Below, one piece after another: positions 40,790-56,496 of a stretch of 64,000 bases of DNA; within the stretch, counting starts at the first letter, position 1, and each line of letters starts with the position of its first letter. Position numbers and translations under genes: made by a program. The DNA comes from Camelus dromedarius (taxonomy: Eukaryota), in the NCBI RefSeq assembly GCF_036321535.1, contig NC_087437.1:71364001-71428000 (forward strand), read 5' to 3'. The notes under the pieces were generated by a model. The model was not told the DNA's origin. It was given only the letters and a program-made list of their open reading frames with translations, and made no database searches.

Positions 40790-41255
40790 GAAGTGGTTGC
40801 TAGGAGTGCCCCACCCAAATCTCCTTGGCCACGACTGCTATTTCCGCTGACCTCCCAACTGCCAGCACCTACATCTCTCTGCAGAGGGTTTTCTGTGGTC
40901 ACCGGAGCCTGGTCTACCTATATGCACGTGCTGGGCACTGACTCTTTGTGGGCACAGACTTCAGTGGACAACTGACAGGAGCTGGATGTCAACCAGTGAC
41001 TGCTGAAAGTGCCAGTCCCCTTGCACCCCAGGTGAGATAACTGACGTGTAGATTTTTCAGTTGCTCCCACAGCTCCCCAGGAGGATTGTGCTCCAAAGTG
41101 TTGACTTGCTTGATAAGAACACTTACTGACTTCCTTCTATCCTGTCTCAATTCTCTATTCCCCCACTGGTGCTTTCCTGGGATTACATCTCAAATAAACT
41201 GCCTGCATTCAAAAATGTGTCTCAGGGTCAACTTCTGGGGGAATTCAAACTAAAA
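40790..41255 (+). mobile_element. LTR16/LTR33-like solo LTR
   Basis: ctgggattacatctcaaataaactgcctgca...tctcagggtcaacttctgggggaattcaaactaa. Confidence 0.65.
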
Positions 41256-41440
41256 GGGAGCCCTTAGAACAGCTTTAGTAGCATTTTATCACACCCGACC
41301 TGGGAAAATTGCTCTTATATTGTAGCAATTCACTAAAACTGATAACCTGAGGGTATTGGGTTATTTTAACCAAAAAAGACTAAAAACCACCCAAATATTC
41401 TGTAATGAATAAGTGTTCCTGTAAATTTTAAAATATTTCT

Positions 41441-41797
41441 CACCATATGATATCACTTATATGTGGAATCTCAAAGAAAAAAGACAAATGAACTTAGCTA
41501 TAAAACAGAAACAGACTCACAGACATAGAAAACAAACTTATGGTTACCAGGGGGAAAAGGGGTGTGAAGGGATAAACTGGGAGTTCGAGATTTACAGATA
41601 CTGACAGGTATATATAAAACAGATAAACAAGTTTATACTGTATAGCACAGGGAACTATATTCGATACCTTGTAGTAGCTTACGGTGAAAAAGAATATGAA
41701 AACAAATATACGTACGTTCAGGTATGACTGAAGCATTTTGCTGTACACCAGAAATTGATACAACACTGTAAACTGACTATACTTCAATTAAAAAAAA
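41441..41797 (+). mobile_element. L1 3' UTR fragment
   Basis: Close similarity to the 3' UTR at 10450-10780; A-tail. Confidence 0.9.
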
Positions 41798-42011
41798 GTA
41801 AGTATTTCTTTACATAAACTTGGCACTTGATAGCAATGTAGAGTTGCTTTTCACACTGCTTCTTTAGTCCCTTGGAAATTGTTAAAAATACATTTTAAGA
41901 AATAAAATACCATGTAACATGTTGGTACACTGGATTGTAAATAATTGCAAAATCATGAATTACAAGTTTTTAGTTCACCTACCAAAAATAGAATACAGTA
42001 CACTGATTTCC

Positions 42012-42017
42012 TTTAAT
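42012..42017 (-). terminator. Candidate distal polyadenylation signal (ATTAAA) of ATP6V1A
   Basis: tttaat on +; downstream on - is TACTGTATTCTATTTTTGGT. Confidence 0.55.
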
Positions 42018-43153
42018 TTATAAGTGTATTTTTAGAAACCATACACTTTCCCAATTTAATGTAATATTCAGAGTGCTATGGGATTCTGTGTACATTTCCA
42101 AAGCACACTGGTATATAATTACAGGATTTTTTGCAGTCTATAGCGAGGGCCTAATTCAGTTTCATGATCTTAAGTAACAATCTATAAAGGGAGAAATAAA
42201 AAAATTTAAAGTTCATACTGAAAACAAGTCAAAATACAATAAGGTGACATGCTTTTTAGCAGATCTTGCCACACTCACAAAAAAAGAAAAAGTGTTAATT
42301 TAAATCAACTTTTTATTCTTTCATAGATTTGAACAATTTTACACAACTTTTAACACAAAGATAGTGAAGCCTCAAGGATAAGGAGGCAATGTACATGACC
42401 TCTTCTATTTGTTCTTCAGGATGGAAGGAAATTTTCAAAGGGTACAATGTGTGAGATTTAACACTGGAAAAATACATACGAATCTGTTTAACTGGCCCCA
42501 CTTGGGACCAGGCACAGCACAATAAATATAGAACTGCATCCTCTTTTTAAAAGATTGTTGTAATTTTAACACATTCTTACTAAATATGATCAGTGACCAA
42601 CCTGAAATTCTACAACATACAGGTGAAGGGACACTTACAATGAATATCTGAGCAAAGCTTCTCTAGCGTCTTCACACCCATTCATCCACAGTCTTAAAAG
42701 GTGTAAGAATGTACATTGCAAATTGAGAACAATAAAAAACAAACTTGGTCAAACTTTCTTCATCATGTATCATTCATTACTATCACAATCCTAGTTTGCT
42801 GGTAGGTTTAAGGTAGGAATCGGAAGTTTCTGAAATTATTTTAATTTCCACTGGTCTTAGGGCCTCTGGGTAGGAGGCCACATTGGAAGCAAACTGATTA
42901 AGCAGCACCATTACGTCCACATCTCAACAAACCACTGCATAATTTTTATCTTCAATTATTCTGAAAGGTTAAAAGAAGTTGCATGGGAGAATTCCCATCC
43001 TGAACAGCAGGCCACTGTAAGAACATGCAATCTGCAAGGATTTAAACCAACACAGCTGAATTCTCTACTTCACTGTGTCTTTCCTTAATGGACCAAAAGA
43101 AATACATTACCAAAAAATTTAAATAATAATATACTGAGGCATAAAATAAATAC

Positions 43154-43159
43154 TTTATT
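43154..43159 (-). terminator. Candidate proximal polyadenylation signal (AATAAA) of ATP6V1A
   Basis: tttatt on +; U-rich sequence follows on -. Confidence 0.5.
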
Positions 43160-44589
43160 TATGCTATTACATTTGGGTATTTGAGATTGTTGCACTTGTT
43201 CACATACTGCTTTCCTTGTCCCAAAGAGGAAGCAATGGTGCCAGCACAATTGGTCAGAAAGAGTTAATGGGAAACTGATGCTGTTCTCAGAACTGTTCTG
43301 CAGTGTGCCATATCATACAAATGCAGAAACTATTAGTTACTTTAAAACATATACTTAAAAGATAGGAAGAACTGATCTTTTTTTTCACATGACCCAGATT
43401 CTGTTATCAGCAAGTTACAAGGATTAATTTCATCCCTACGAAACAGAATGGAAACTGTTATGCTGCTATAGCTACAGATACTCTGGGAAATCTTTTGAGC
43501 CAGTGAATCAAAAACCACATGAAAGAAAGCAGTATTTTCTACAATCAGTAAACTGGTAGTTCAAAAATTCAATAAGCAAAGAAACATGTGACACATGTCA
43601 TTATCTTGTAAAAACATCATGCCACTCTGGCCCCAAGAATCACTATAGCCCAGCTGGTCCTTAAAGGTGCAGAGAGCTTTCAACCAAGACTAAGTATCTT
43701 TTCCTGTGGCATCTTACTGCCCATCACACTGCCATATGATTCTTAGAAGCTCAGGCTTCTAAGACGTTTGAGAAAAGGAAGAGGGTGTGATGTGGATCAA
43801 GTTCTCAGTGATTGTTTTAAATGTAATTTTAAAAAGAATTTCCTAGTAATGGAGTAGAATAGTCCTTGATCCTGAATTTTTCCTAATGAAATAAAATAGG
43901 CTTTAACAAGGTGATGTTAATCTAAGTTTGACCACCTGGCTCCTTTTTCACTTCTTTAGAGTTTACTGATTCATATACTGTGCTGAGCCCCACAAATGCT
44001 TGTTTTAAAAACACTACAGTTCCCCATAAATATTCTTGATTTATAATGGGAGAAGGGATGCATAATTGGAACATTAACATTAATGTTAAAAAAAAAAAGC
44101 AATTATTTCCTGCAAAGCATTACTTAGAAAAATGCTAAGTGGCAAATAACTTTACCATAAAGATATTGAGTTGTTTCACAAAGTACCTGTCAAAATGTAT
44201 AGCAGTCTGGCCTTCTACTCCAAATCCGTTGCAAAGAGAGTACATGCAGTAGTCCTGTTTACAATTTAATGGTGATGAGGAAAGGGCAAACCTAGGACAA
44301 GGAGAGACATAGCCCTACATACAAGTTTACAGTAGTGTAGCCATTGTGTATCATATTTACTACATTCACCACTTCGGAGAAAGGATCAGGGAGGCTCTTC
44401 AAACACTGGAACAAAGGAATGTTTGGTTTATATAAGACCTACCAAATAAACAGGGAGACAAATGATAACACACTTAGGCACTAGTCTCAAAGCTGTACAA
44501 CAAAGAAGCAAAGGGTTTGAGATGAGAAATTTAGGAAAATATACACATATGAGAGCTTGCTGAGGAACAGGAGGAAAGAAATCACAGTT

Positions 44590-44730
<141 letters not shown>

Positions 44731-46292
44731 TCAGAAGACATAGTAAGTTATTTTTATTTAATATATTTGAATACTAGGCTAAGTGAGGTACACTGGTAAA
44801 ACATAGGCAGGAGGCAGAATTACCTTATTTTTCTTTTTTCAAGAGTAGAAGCATATAAATGAAGGAACAGTCCAACCAACCAGATAGAATTTACTATTCA
44901 AGATCTGGTAGTATCACACTGGGACAGGGAATAAGACTTCTGAAATAATCTTAAAATGCATCACATTTAGAATCCTTATGGAAAGCAACTTAATTGAGTA
45001 ATATGTATAAAAGAGACTTTAAAGTGATTAAGCTCTCTAACCCAATCATTCCACTTCTGAGAACATATACTAGGAAAATACACAAAACCCAACTCCATGA
45101 ACAAAATTGTCCATACCAACAACTAAAAATTTCCTAAATACCTAAGAACAGGCAAATATTATTCTTCAGCCACAAAACAGTGCGACAGAAAAATACCTTA
45201 TGACATTAAAAAATAAATGAGATGTTAATTTGAAACAATGTACTTGTAAACAGAAAAAAGACACCTTAAGTCATATTACCAGAAGTCATCACTCTGTTAC
45301 TGCATATATTTTTTTATCCTCTTCCTACGAATGTATAATTTCTAAAAATAAAATTTGGATCAAATTTCATATGGAATCTCTTTGCAACCTGACTGTTTTC
45401 ACTCACTATACCATAATTATTTCCCTATGTCTTGGATAGTCTTTGAAAAAAAGCTGTTAATGCCTTCATAATATTTTTGACATAATGTACATGTCACAAT
45501 GTACTGTTTGCTCTGTTTATTTTTGGATGACATTTAAGAAGTTTAATAAATAATCTTCTACATACAACCATATCAAAATCTCTGATTATTTTCGTGGCTT
45601 ATATGTTTTGAAGTAGAATGACAGGACTCAAGGGTGTAAATATTTTAAAATTCTTGCTATAGTAAGTGTCTATTTGTTCAAATTTACTTTCAGCCTACAG
45701 CGCAAACACTATATTCATAACATATGCATTCAGAGAATCATTCTCAATTTCTCAATAGGAGATTATTAAATATACTTAGATGTTTTGACTTAGAAATAAA
45801 TACAATTTGATGGATCAAATATTTTAAAAACAATCTTATGCATTTGAGTTTCCACAGATAATTTCATTTAATTATCTATTTATATCTTGTGTACTTTCCA
45901 AAGAATGAGAGTCCGTAAGAGTCCACTTAACAGTTAAAAATGATGTGTAATAGGATACTTGAAAGAAGTAAACAGCAGAAGTCATTTCAGATGAGCACGG
46001 GGTTAGATATTAACAGGCTCTTGAGGTAAGGTAATTGCTGCTTAGCAGTGATTTTAGCTCTAAATTGCCCGGCAGTTAAGACAAAAGGCAAAATATGTCA
46101 GCATTTATTTCAGACATGACATACTATAATCTTTATCACTAGAATTCCTATTTGAACATAACTTTGAGGTCTGTTCTGGTTTTATAAAACCTAAGCGTGC
46201 GTAAAAATGGTAAGTACAAGTTTCACACACCAGGTTTGGGACCCAAATATTTAAAAAATTTAAAAGAAACAGTTCCTACTAAATAAAGGTTA

Positions 46293-46583
<291 letters not shown>

Positions 46584-47827
46584 TTAAATATATATACTAC
46601 TTATAGTTAGTGCATGATACATAAGGAATGAAAAATGACAGTGGAAAAGATCAGTAATATTTAACCAGAGTTTTTGGACAGAGATGTCTCAGGATATAGG
46701 GTGGATGGGGAGATGGAGCTATGTATTCTTTTATTTAAGAGCGATGTTGATTTTTATCTGTTAAAATAATCAAACAGAAAGAATGACAAAACAGTACTGC
46801 TATAATCTAATGACTCTCTGAGGGTTTGTTTTTGTACAGTGCAGTTAAAGGCATAACCCAAATGGTAAAATAACTGAGTTGTGAAGATTCCCTTGTGATA
46901 GTGGGTTAAGGTTTAATAAATAATAGGAAAGCAGGAAACGGCAATTTCCTAAAGTTAATAAGCCGTCCGCTTCCCTGTTAATGTGTTCATTTCCATTTAT
47001 CCATACCTTTTAATAATAAAGACACACAAGTTAATATTCAACTTGGATCACATGCACTCTAATCAACTTTCTGAGAAATTTAAACCCATGCACATACACA
47101 ATTTCATTCCCACTCTCCATTACACTCTTCTCAAAGAATTTTCCCTTTGTGGAGTTATCTTTGTGTGGGTGATTCTGAGAGCTTCTTAAGTTCCTGATAT
47201 AGATTTTTGAGTCTTACTGATGATATCCGTCATATTTTCTGCTTGTACTACATTCTGGTAATCTACCTATTTGCTCAGTTCCCTTTCAGTCCCATATGGG
47301 GCCAAATATGATTTAAGGGAGAAAAGCTAGCCCGTGATGAAAGGGCTCAAATTATTAAAGTTTGAAAGAAATGGGAACTTTAAGTAAGCCATGGCAGTAG
47401 CAGAGACAGTAATGAAAAAAAGCAAGCCCTGGGCAGTAGTAGAATGGGCTGGTGGGACGTCCAACAGGGACTCCGGTAGAAAGAAAAAGAATGGACTTGT
47501 GGAAAATGAGGCAGAAAAGTATAATTATTTAGGTGAAGAGTAGAAGGGCATGGGCTGTGGTAACAGGCAGTGAGAAAAGCCTCTGAAGGAGGCAATGGTC
47601 CCCAGGCTCTGCACACTAAGCCACAATTTAATCTCATTAAAGATGGTTGGATAATGAGTGAAAATACTGTCACAACTGGGCACATGAGCCAAATCAAAAC
47701 AAGGGGACAAACTGGATCATTAGGTATCTGCTATGAAAATAAAATAAACCTATACTTTGAGTCAGAGCGTGTCTGTATGAGGGGAAAAAAGTTCTTAATG
47801 TGTAGGCAGCTCTTTCTTTAAAACTCA

Positions 47828-47965
<138 letters not shown>

Positions 47966-48119
47966 CTAGAAGAGAAAAAAAATACATTTTAGAAATTTAC
48001 TGCAATGATGTGGGACCAATGGTTGGAATCAATTAGCAAGCCGAAACCACGTAATGAACACATAATCACCTATCATTAATAAATTCACCTCACAATTGCT
48101 TCCTGATTGATATCCTTTT

Positions 48120-48462
48120 TTTGTTTTGCTGTGAAAAACATATAATTTACCATCTTAACATTTTTAAGTGTAGTTCAGTAGTGTTAAGTACATTCACATT
48201 GTTGTGAAACAAATTTCCATGACTTTTCATCTCACCAATTTGAAACTCTATACCCATAAAACAACTCTTCTTCCCCCACCTTCTGGCCCCTGGTAACCAC
48301 CATTGTATTTCCTGTTTCTATGAATTTGATTATTTTAGATACCTTATATATAAGTATTTGTCTTTTTGTGACTGGTTTGTTTCATTTAACATATTGTCCT
48401 CAAGGTTCATCCATGTAGCATGTGTTAGAATTTTTCTTCCTTTTAAAGGCTGAGTAATATTC

Positions 48463-48514
<52 letters not shown>

Positions 48515-48585
48515 TAAAAGACATCTGGGTTGCTTCCACCTCTCAGCTATTGTAAGTGCTGCTATGAACATGGGTATACAAATAG
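48120..48585 (-). mobile_element. L1MB-like 3' fragment containing (GT)24
   Basis: cccctggtaaccaccatt, tcctcaaggttcatccatgt. Confidence 0.8.
48465..48512. repeat. (GT)24 microsatellite
   Basis: Direct reading. Confidence 0.97.
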
Positions 48586-49649
48586 ACCGATTTTTTTTTT
48601 CTTTTTAAATGCTTTCTTCTTCACATTCTGGCTTGCTATTATAACTACTTGAACTATCTCAGTCTAAAATTTGTTTCACAAAAATCTATACAGTCCACAA
48701 AGAGTTGTTTTTTATATTACATGATGTTTAGAACTATGTAAATGCAAAGTGCAGTAAGCATGTACTACTTATCTGTATCTAAGAGCTACTTTATTAGTGC
48801 TGCTCTTCCAGAACTTCACTCTTGAAATATCATTGCCTTGAAAGCTTTAACTTTTGCATCCACCCCAACAGCCTAACAAGTAAAGATTCTTGGGAGTTGT
48901 GGGAAAGGGACAGGCCCAGTGAATTAACTGCAGAAGACTGTAGCGTTATCTATGAGCACTAAACTTCACTTGCTCATAATGTATTACTTTATTATTTTTT
49001 AATACTTTGCTGAATTTAGGAGGCTAAAATTTAATTTTAAATTTCTATACCCACATTCATAAACAAAATGACCCTGTAATTATCTTTTTTTGTATTGTCT
49101 TTGTCTGATTTTGAAGGACTTCTGTTCCTAGTTCCTCTTATAAAGCCACAGTACTCATTTATAATAATGAGCATTTAATATGTACTAGTTATCTAATAAT
49201 ATTATCCTTTGTTAGAAACAATTTAGGAGGTGACTTTACAATATAATAAAAAGAACAGAACCAGACAGAGAATTCTGAGGTCCTGACTAGTACTGCATAC
49301 TATCTGAGAAGTTATTCAACTTCGAAATTTAATTTGGCTAAGTTTAATTGGACTATTCTCTTTTGAAATGTCAACACACAGACACAAGAATGTAAGTCAC
49401 TTGTTTAAGGTCACACAGCTAATTACTGAATGAACTAGATTCCAATCCTTCTAAATTCCTGGCCCTGGTACTCCTGCAAATATGTATGTTAATAGATCCT
49501 AAATCTACCACCTCTAATTTGGTGGATAATGGGTACATTCTGTTTCAAGAAATAAAATTGTATGAGTGTTTCTTTCTCATCCACAATATAACCAGGACCA
49601 AAGGGTCAAAAAGAATATAAAGGCCCTAACAATTTAGTTACTTCTTTTA

Positions 49650-50080
49650 ATTGACTGCTGTGAAGTACAAGCCCTTCCCCTTGACTCTGGGCAAGCTCTG
49701 TGGCTGTTCTGACCAAAACAGTAAGACAAAAGTGATGTTATTACTAGTTTTGGGGCCCAGCCTTAAGAGGCTGTTGGTTTCCACTTGTTTTTTTTAATAC
49801 TCACTCTGGGAGCCCAGAACTGCCATGTGGAGACACCACACGGACAGAGAAATGCCCAGACAACGCTTAGCAGTTCTGATCTTCCTAGCCCAGGCACTAG
49901 ACTTGTGAGGGAAGAAACTTTCAGATGACTTCAGTCTCAGCCACCATATGACTGCAGCTGTAAGGGGAACTCCAAGCAAAAAGGCCCAACTGAGCCAACC
50001 AACCCCAAGACCATGAGCAATAAAACACTGTTTAAGCTACTAAATACCAGAGTGGTTTGTTACTCAACAATAGATAATCA
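49650..50080 (+). mobile_element. MaLR LTR (MLT1F/G-like)
   Basis: tgttttaagctactaaat...gtggtttgttactcaacaatagataa 3' end. Confidence 0.7.
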
Positions 50081-50264
50081 ATCATCTTTCTACCTTACAC
50101 AGCACAAGCAGGCTCCTCAAATGTCTGCTGGATAAAGGAATAATCTAAAATTCTATTAGTTTAAAAGATATTTAATAACTACTCATTTTGCCAGGTGAGA
50201 ATCTGCATATCCAAGGTTCTATATGTCCTTAAAACACTCCAGTGTACTCACAGATCTGTCCTCA

Positions 50265-50582
<318 letters not shown>

Positions 50583-51824
50583 TCAAATTATTTGTCTTTT
50601 TGGTATACACAAGTTTAGATGAAACAGAATAAAATTTGCAATTAAAAAATGTACTCCTTTCAGTTTCAGTATAGACAGTATCTACAAATCAAATTCAAAA
50701 TTTATCTGGATTTCCTTAATAGTGTGTCAAATCTAATAGGATAAAAAAATGTACAGTTTTGAAGATTATTACTGTGTAATATAAACAGGTGGACCACAGA
50801 AACCACAAAATACTTACTAAGATAGACACTTCACTTTAATTAAAACCTCTAAATGTTTTGAATAAATTCAGTTCCTAATCATTAAGGGCCAATCCAAAAA
50901 GATCTGTCATTTTTCTGAGACCAAACATTCACATAAATTTTATGCATTCCTAACTTGGCTCCTCTTTTCCCTGCAATTTAAAATTCAAAATTTTAGCAAA
51001 GGTGAAAACACCTTGAAAGTTGTAAATTGAGACCCTGCCACTTCCTTTTATCTGATACCGACAGAAACATAGGCAAATATTCTACTTTTCCCATATGAAC
51101 AATGCATAGACTCATAAATACATCAACAGTAAAAAAAATTATAGTCCTGGTTTATATACATTTTTTAATTAGGTGTCTTTTAATGGCCAACTTGGATGGC
51201 TATCCACTAAAATTCATGCCTTGTCACTGGGAAGCAGCTGCCTAGGCAGAAACTACCTTTTCCACTGTGCTTTCATCTGGGTGTGGCTAACAGAATGAGT
51301 GTGGTGACCATGTCTGAGCCCAAGGTTCAAAAAGTGGGGGTGCTTTCTCCAGTTTCCCCTGTACCAGGCAGATGCAGGTGACTGCCAGGCTAGGTAGAAC
51401 CACAATATGGAAGAAGCACTGGTCTCCGAAACCACCACCGAATGGAAAAGAGCCACTCTTGGATGGATCATCTGCCTTGGGCCAGACCATAAGGAGAAAG
51501 AAACTGCCATGGAGCTTTTGCCATTATGTGTTTTTGGGCCCATTTGTTCTATACCTAGGGTTACTCTACCTCAAAGTGTGGTATTACTATAACACTAATA
51601 AACCTTTGCTACCCTGGATATATTTTCCATTTCTGGATACTAAGTCTACTATAAACTCTAGGTAAAGAGCTAAGAAAGAACAGACAGCTTTAAAGGCCTT
51701 TAGCAGTAAGAATGCTCCTAAAACAGACTTTACCATTGCCTACTCTTTAATGATTATATTAAATACTTCACAATGACATGGATAACATTAGGACAGCCTA
51801 TAGGTGGGGCTCAGAAGTTGACTA

Positions 51825-51941
<117 letters not shown>

Positions 51942-52498
51942 TTATGAAAAATAACTTGCATATAAAAGCAATTTTTTGAAAGCCACTTTTTGTATAAATA
52001 ACTTTAGAAATGAACTTTGGAAAGAAAATCTTGTTCAAAAACCTTAAAAACCAGTACTAAGTTACAAATAAGAATGATAACTATTAAATGCTTTCTAGTT
52101 TGAGAAGTGAGATGGATATTTAATTATAGTCAGTTTCACTGTTCTAATCAAACAGATGAAACAAAAGGAAGGAAAAGCTCTGAGAACAATGTATGGCTTT
52201 ATGTAGGGACTGTGAATCTTCACACTGTTTTTATCATGATACAATCTTACCTTAACATGTCTATAATTTTCTAAGTTATTCCTAGGATATTGTGACTTGA
52301 ATATAACAAATCAGTCAAGACAAATCTATGGAATCAAAAGATGTAGAGATGACCTAAACATGTGTATTTTAAAGAGCTCCTTGGGTGACTCTGGAGTGCA
52401 ACCTTGGTTAAAAATCACTACCCTCAGGGGGCTAAATACTGTCTCTTTAAAATAAATGACATATTTTTCTCCTGGAAAGTAAACAGTTTGGGTGCTTA

Positions 52499-52648
<150 letters not shown>

Positions 52649-52673
52649 CTAAGCCAGCCCCCAAATCCTATCA

Positions 52674-52904
<231 letters not shown>

Positions 52905-52909
52905 TTAAA

Positions 52910-53310
52910 GCAGTATGTTCCTAAGTTAGACTGCTAGCTGTTCACCAAAATCTGTTCTTTCAGGCACACAGCTGAATTCTATTGTTTAGCCTCCTTTGCA
53001 TCTAGATATGCAAGTAACTCACTCACCCCTAGCTAATGGAATGTAAGTCAGAGTAATGTGCTCCATCTCCAGTAAAGCCACATATCCTTCCATGTTACTT
53101 CTCCCTTCTTGCTTACTGAGCAAGAGAACTCCCAAGGGCCCCTGGAAGGTATGTGTTGAAATGAAAGAGCTCTTTTCAGCCTGGGTCCCAGCCCCAAAAA
53201 GTAAAGAGTCCCCTGACCATCTGAAATAAATATCTATTATATTGAGCAATTCTACGTTTGGGCTTATCATAGCCCAGTCTACCCTAATATACATTTTTTA
53301 AATGCAGGAA
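52910..53310 (+). mobile_element. MaLR LTR (old MLT1)
   Basis: agcctcctttgcatctagat..., ...agcccagtctaccctaatataca. Confidence 0.6.
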
Positions 53311-55299
53311 AAGATTCTCCCCCCATTCTTTGTTGAGATAATTAAGTCTGAAATTAATTTCCAATGTAGCTTTGTCTATATATCTCACATACATATGCAC
53401 CAAAAAAATCCTCAACCGATTAGCTTGTTTGGTTATTTTTCAAAAGCAACAAAAGTTATTAACATGAGTAATAATCTTAATCATCCAAATCATTCTGCCA
53501 TGCAGATCAGGTCCTGTTCTGTAAAATGACATACACTAAACCAGTTAGAAGAAGCTAATATACAGAAAAAAAGTTCTAGTTCCTGTTCTGTCATCAACCC
53601 TAGCAAAGTAACTTCATTTCCCAGTGTGGTTTCCTAATCTGTTAAAATGGAATAACTCTTGCCTCCTCTATCTGTACGTATCTGATCAAATGGTATGTAA
53701 ATGTCCTCTGAAAAGTACAAAGTACTATACAACTCTAAGATACTAGAAATGTATTTGTTGCTACAGTATAAGAACCCCCAAATCTCCCGCCCTAATTCCT
53801 TTATTTTACCAGTAAAGAAACAGAGGCCTATATAAGCAAAACAAAATTGCTGCTGGAAAATTCAGAACTTTACTATTTATCACATTACATCTTTCAGAAT
53901 AAAAAATGCTGACTTCTGTGGCTTCCAAAACACGAATCCATGAACAAAGTCTTAAGAAAAAAAAAATAACCTCAGATAATCAAAAGGTGGGCAAACCGTG
54001 AAAACATCTGCAATGCATAACAGATGAAAGACTGATTTCAAAGGGCTTTACCAATCAGTATGATGAAGAACTACTATCCACCAGGAAAATGGACAGAAGG
54101 TAGTTTTCAAATGGTTAGTACACACAGGAAAGATGCTCACTCACTGTAAGAAGTACAGACTGAATAGGCATCTAATAAAGCAGGGACAGTAAAATGTAAT
54201 TGCCGAATCTAGGCGTGGGGTACATGGATGTTCACTGTAACATTCTTTGAACTTTCCTGTATGTTTGACAATTATCATCAATCAGAAAGTGTTGAAAAAG
54301 TTAGCACTGGTGAATATGTGAAGGAACAGAATTCTTGTCCACTGTTACCCCTTTTGAAGATCTATCAGAATCTAAAATCTGCATTAACAGTTGTATTCTT
54401 AGCAATTTTACTTCCAAGAACTTATCTGACAAACATACAAAGAAACATGCATGTAAAACATATAAATGTGTTAAAAACAAGCATTAGGATGTTTTATGGG
54501 GTGAAGTTTGTGAGAGCAAAAAATAATCCAAGTGTCCACCAAAAGGTTAAATAGATTATCATATATCCATACAAAGGAATACATGCAGCCACTTAAAAGA
54601 AGTAGGAAGACGTCCTGTCTTAAAACAGTAGATGAATATGTCACTTTCTCCTTCTCATAAAAATAACCACCAAGCAAGGAGAACAAGAAAAACAGAAATA
54701 TGAACTCTATTGTCAAAAACTAGAGGCTATATTTAGCTTCACAACAAAACAGTGAGGAAAGCCAACTAAATGAGATAAAAAAACAAACAAGGGTGTGTGA
54801 AGACACCAAGAATTCACCTGAGGCTGTACATCCCAGATTAAGTTTCTCCAAAGAAGCTACATCCTGAGGGGCAAAACCAAGAATTCTTTGTCTAGAGCAA
54901 AAGGGGTACAGGGCTAATGGCAGGGCTTCCTTGAACTGAGTCTGGCATCAAGGAGAAGCAGGGAGATGAGGACAAATAAAACACAGGTAGGCACTCCTTT
55001 TCAGTGAGTCAACAGGGTGAGGCAGGGTAGAAGAGAAAGAATTCATTGTAGGTGGCCTTGCAGCTGCAGATTTTTGTTGGCAGGAAAGAAGAAAAAGTAA
55101 AATAACTTACACAACTCCATGCCATAACAAACTTTACAGATTACCAGGAAGAATTCCTACTACCCTGGACCATAGTAACAACCACATCCTCCCAACTTCA
55201 GCAAAAATGAACAGTAGTAATAATAAAGCAGGGAACTAAACAAAAATACAAGCAGGAAAAAAGACAGATGAGCAGAATACAACAATGAACTTGCCAAGG

Positions 55300-56120
55300 A
55301 ACAGATGAAAACTGTGACCACAATTAATTAACTTTAAAAAATCTTAATAATGCATCCTACCACAAAATAAAAATCTTAAGGAATACACAGTAAGATCACA
55401 AAAGATGTTTCATGAGCCAGCAGAACTTGACAGAGAGCTAGAAGAAAATAAAGGTTGTTTTAGAAGCAACACTGATTATCTTGTGAAAAAATGGGCAAAA
55501 GGCTAAATAAAAAGAATTAGAGAGGAAATGATGCATGTGGAAACAGATAAAGGAGACACAATATGTTAGTTTGAAGAAGATGACCATAGAGGAAGAGAAA
55601 ACAATTCAGAAAGAATTCTCAAAAATTTTCCAAAATAAAAGACATATTCATAGATTGAAAGGGGGCACTGGGGCGGAATGGTAACAGCTCAGTGTAGAGC
55701 ATGTGCTTAGCACGCACAAGGTCCTGGGTTCAATCCCTAGCACCTCCACCAAAAAAAAAAAAAAACAAAAAACAAAAAAAGGTGGGGGGCAGCGTACACT
55801 ATGTCTCAGGAAAAACTCACCAAAACTAGCAATACTGGGATATATCCTAAGAAAGCTATAAGATTTCAAAGTTAAGGAGACATTCGTTTGGGCAAAAAGA
55901 AAAATCACCTGTAAAATGAGAAAAAGTAGGCTAGTGTCAGATCTCTCCTCAACATTTAATGCTGGAATAAGAGTTCTCAAGGAAAGGAATACTGATCTAA
56001 AATGTTCACACTCAAGCCAAACTACTGTTAAAATTTAGAAAAAAAATCCAAACTGACAAAGAAACAAGAATTCAGGGAACATAGTTTCCACGAGCCTTTC
56101 TTGAAGAAACTTCCAAAAGT
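55300..56120 (+). mobile_element. Ancient L1 ORF1 / HAL1-like remnant
   Basis: aaaattttccaaaataaaagac...tagattgaaaggg, aggctagtgtcagatctctcc; ORF1-like composition. Confidence 0.55.
55670..55780 (+). mobile_element. tRNA-derived SINE (Vic-1-like)
   Basis: CAGCTCAGTGTAGAG, GGGTTCAATCCC, A-tail. Confidence 0.88.
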
Positions 56121-56496
56121 CAAATTTTCTTCAATCATGAAATAATTGGAGAAATTAAAGAGGCTGCCAGCAGGCACTGACTCCATTTACTAGGTCTAAG
56201 GCTAGCACAAATATTGGATTTATGGTTACAGAACAGAATCTGAATATTATAAATCCTGAAATGTAGAAATAAAAGTACCGAAAGCTGAGATGGAAGTGGG
56301 TACAAAGATAGAAGATAGTATGTGAACACACTCTTATCTTCTGTATCCAGCAGTAATAGTACAACAATTCAAAGCTCATAATTCAAGTTACAGAGTTACA
56401 CATATATTCAGAGATAGATCAATGGTAAAGCATGTAATGGAAAAAACAAACAGTAGTAGAGGGTGTATCATTTTAAAATCATTAAAAAGACTGGGG

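Larger units (their letters stand above)
41990..44589 (-). other. ATP6V1A: ATP6V1A 3' UTR (~2.6 kb; distal end inferred)
   Basis: AU-rich stretch after the stop with no recognisable repeat, ending near ATTAAA at 42012-42017 followed by a U/GU-rich tract. Confidence 0.75.

Noticed and set aside
44074..44089. Perfect 16-bp palindrome TTAACATTAATGTTAA in the ATP6V1A 3' UTR
   Set aside because: AT-rich and short; plausible by chance, and would form only a weak hairpin.
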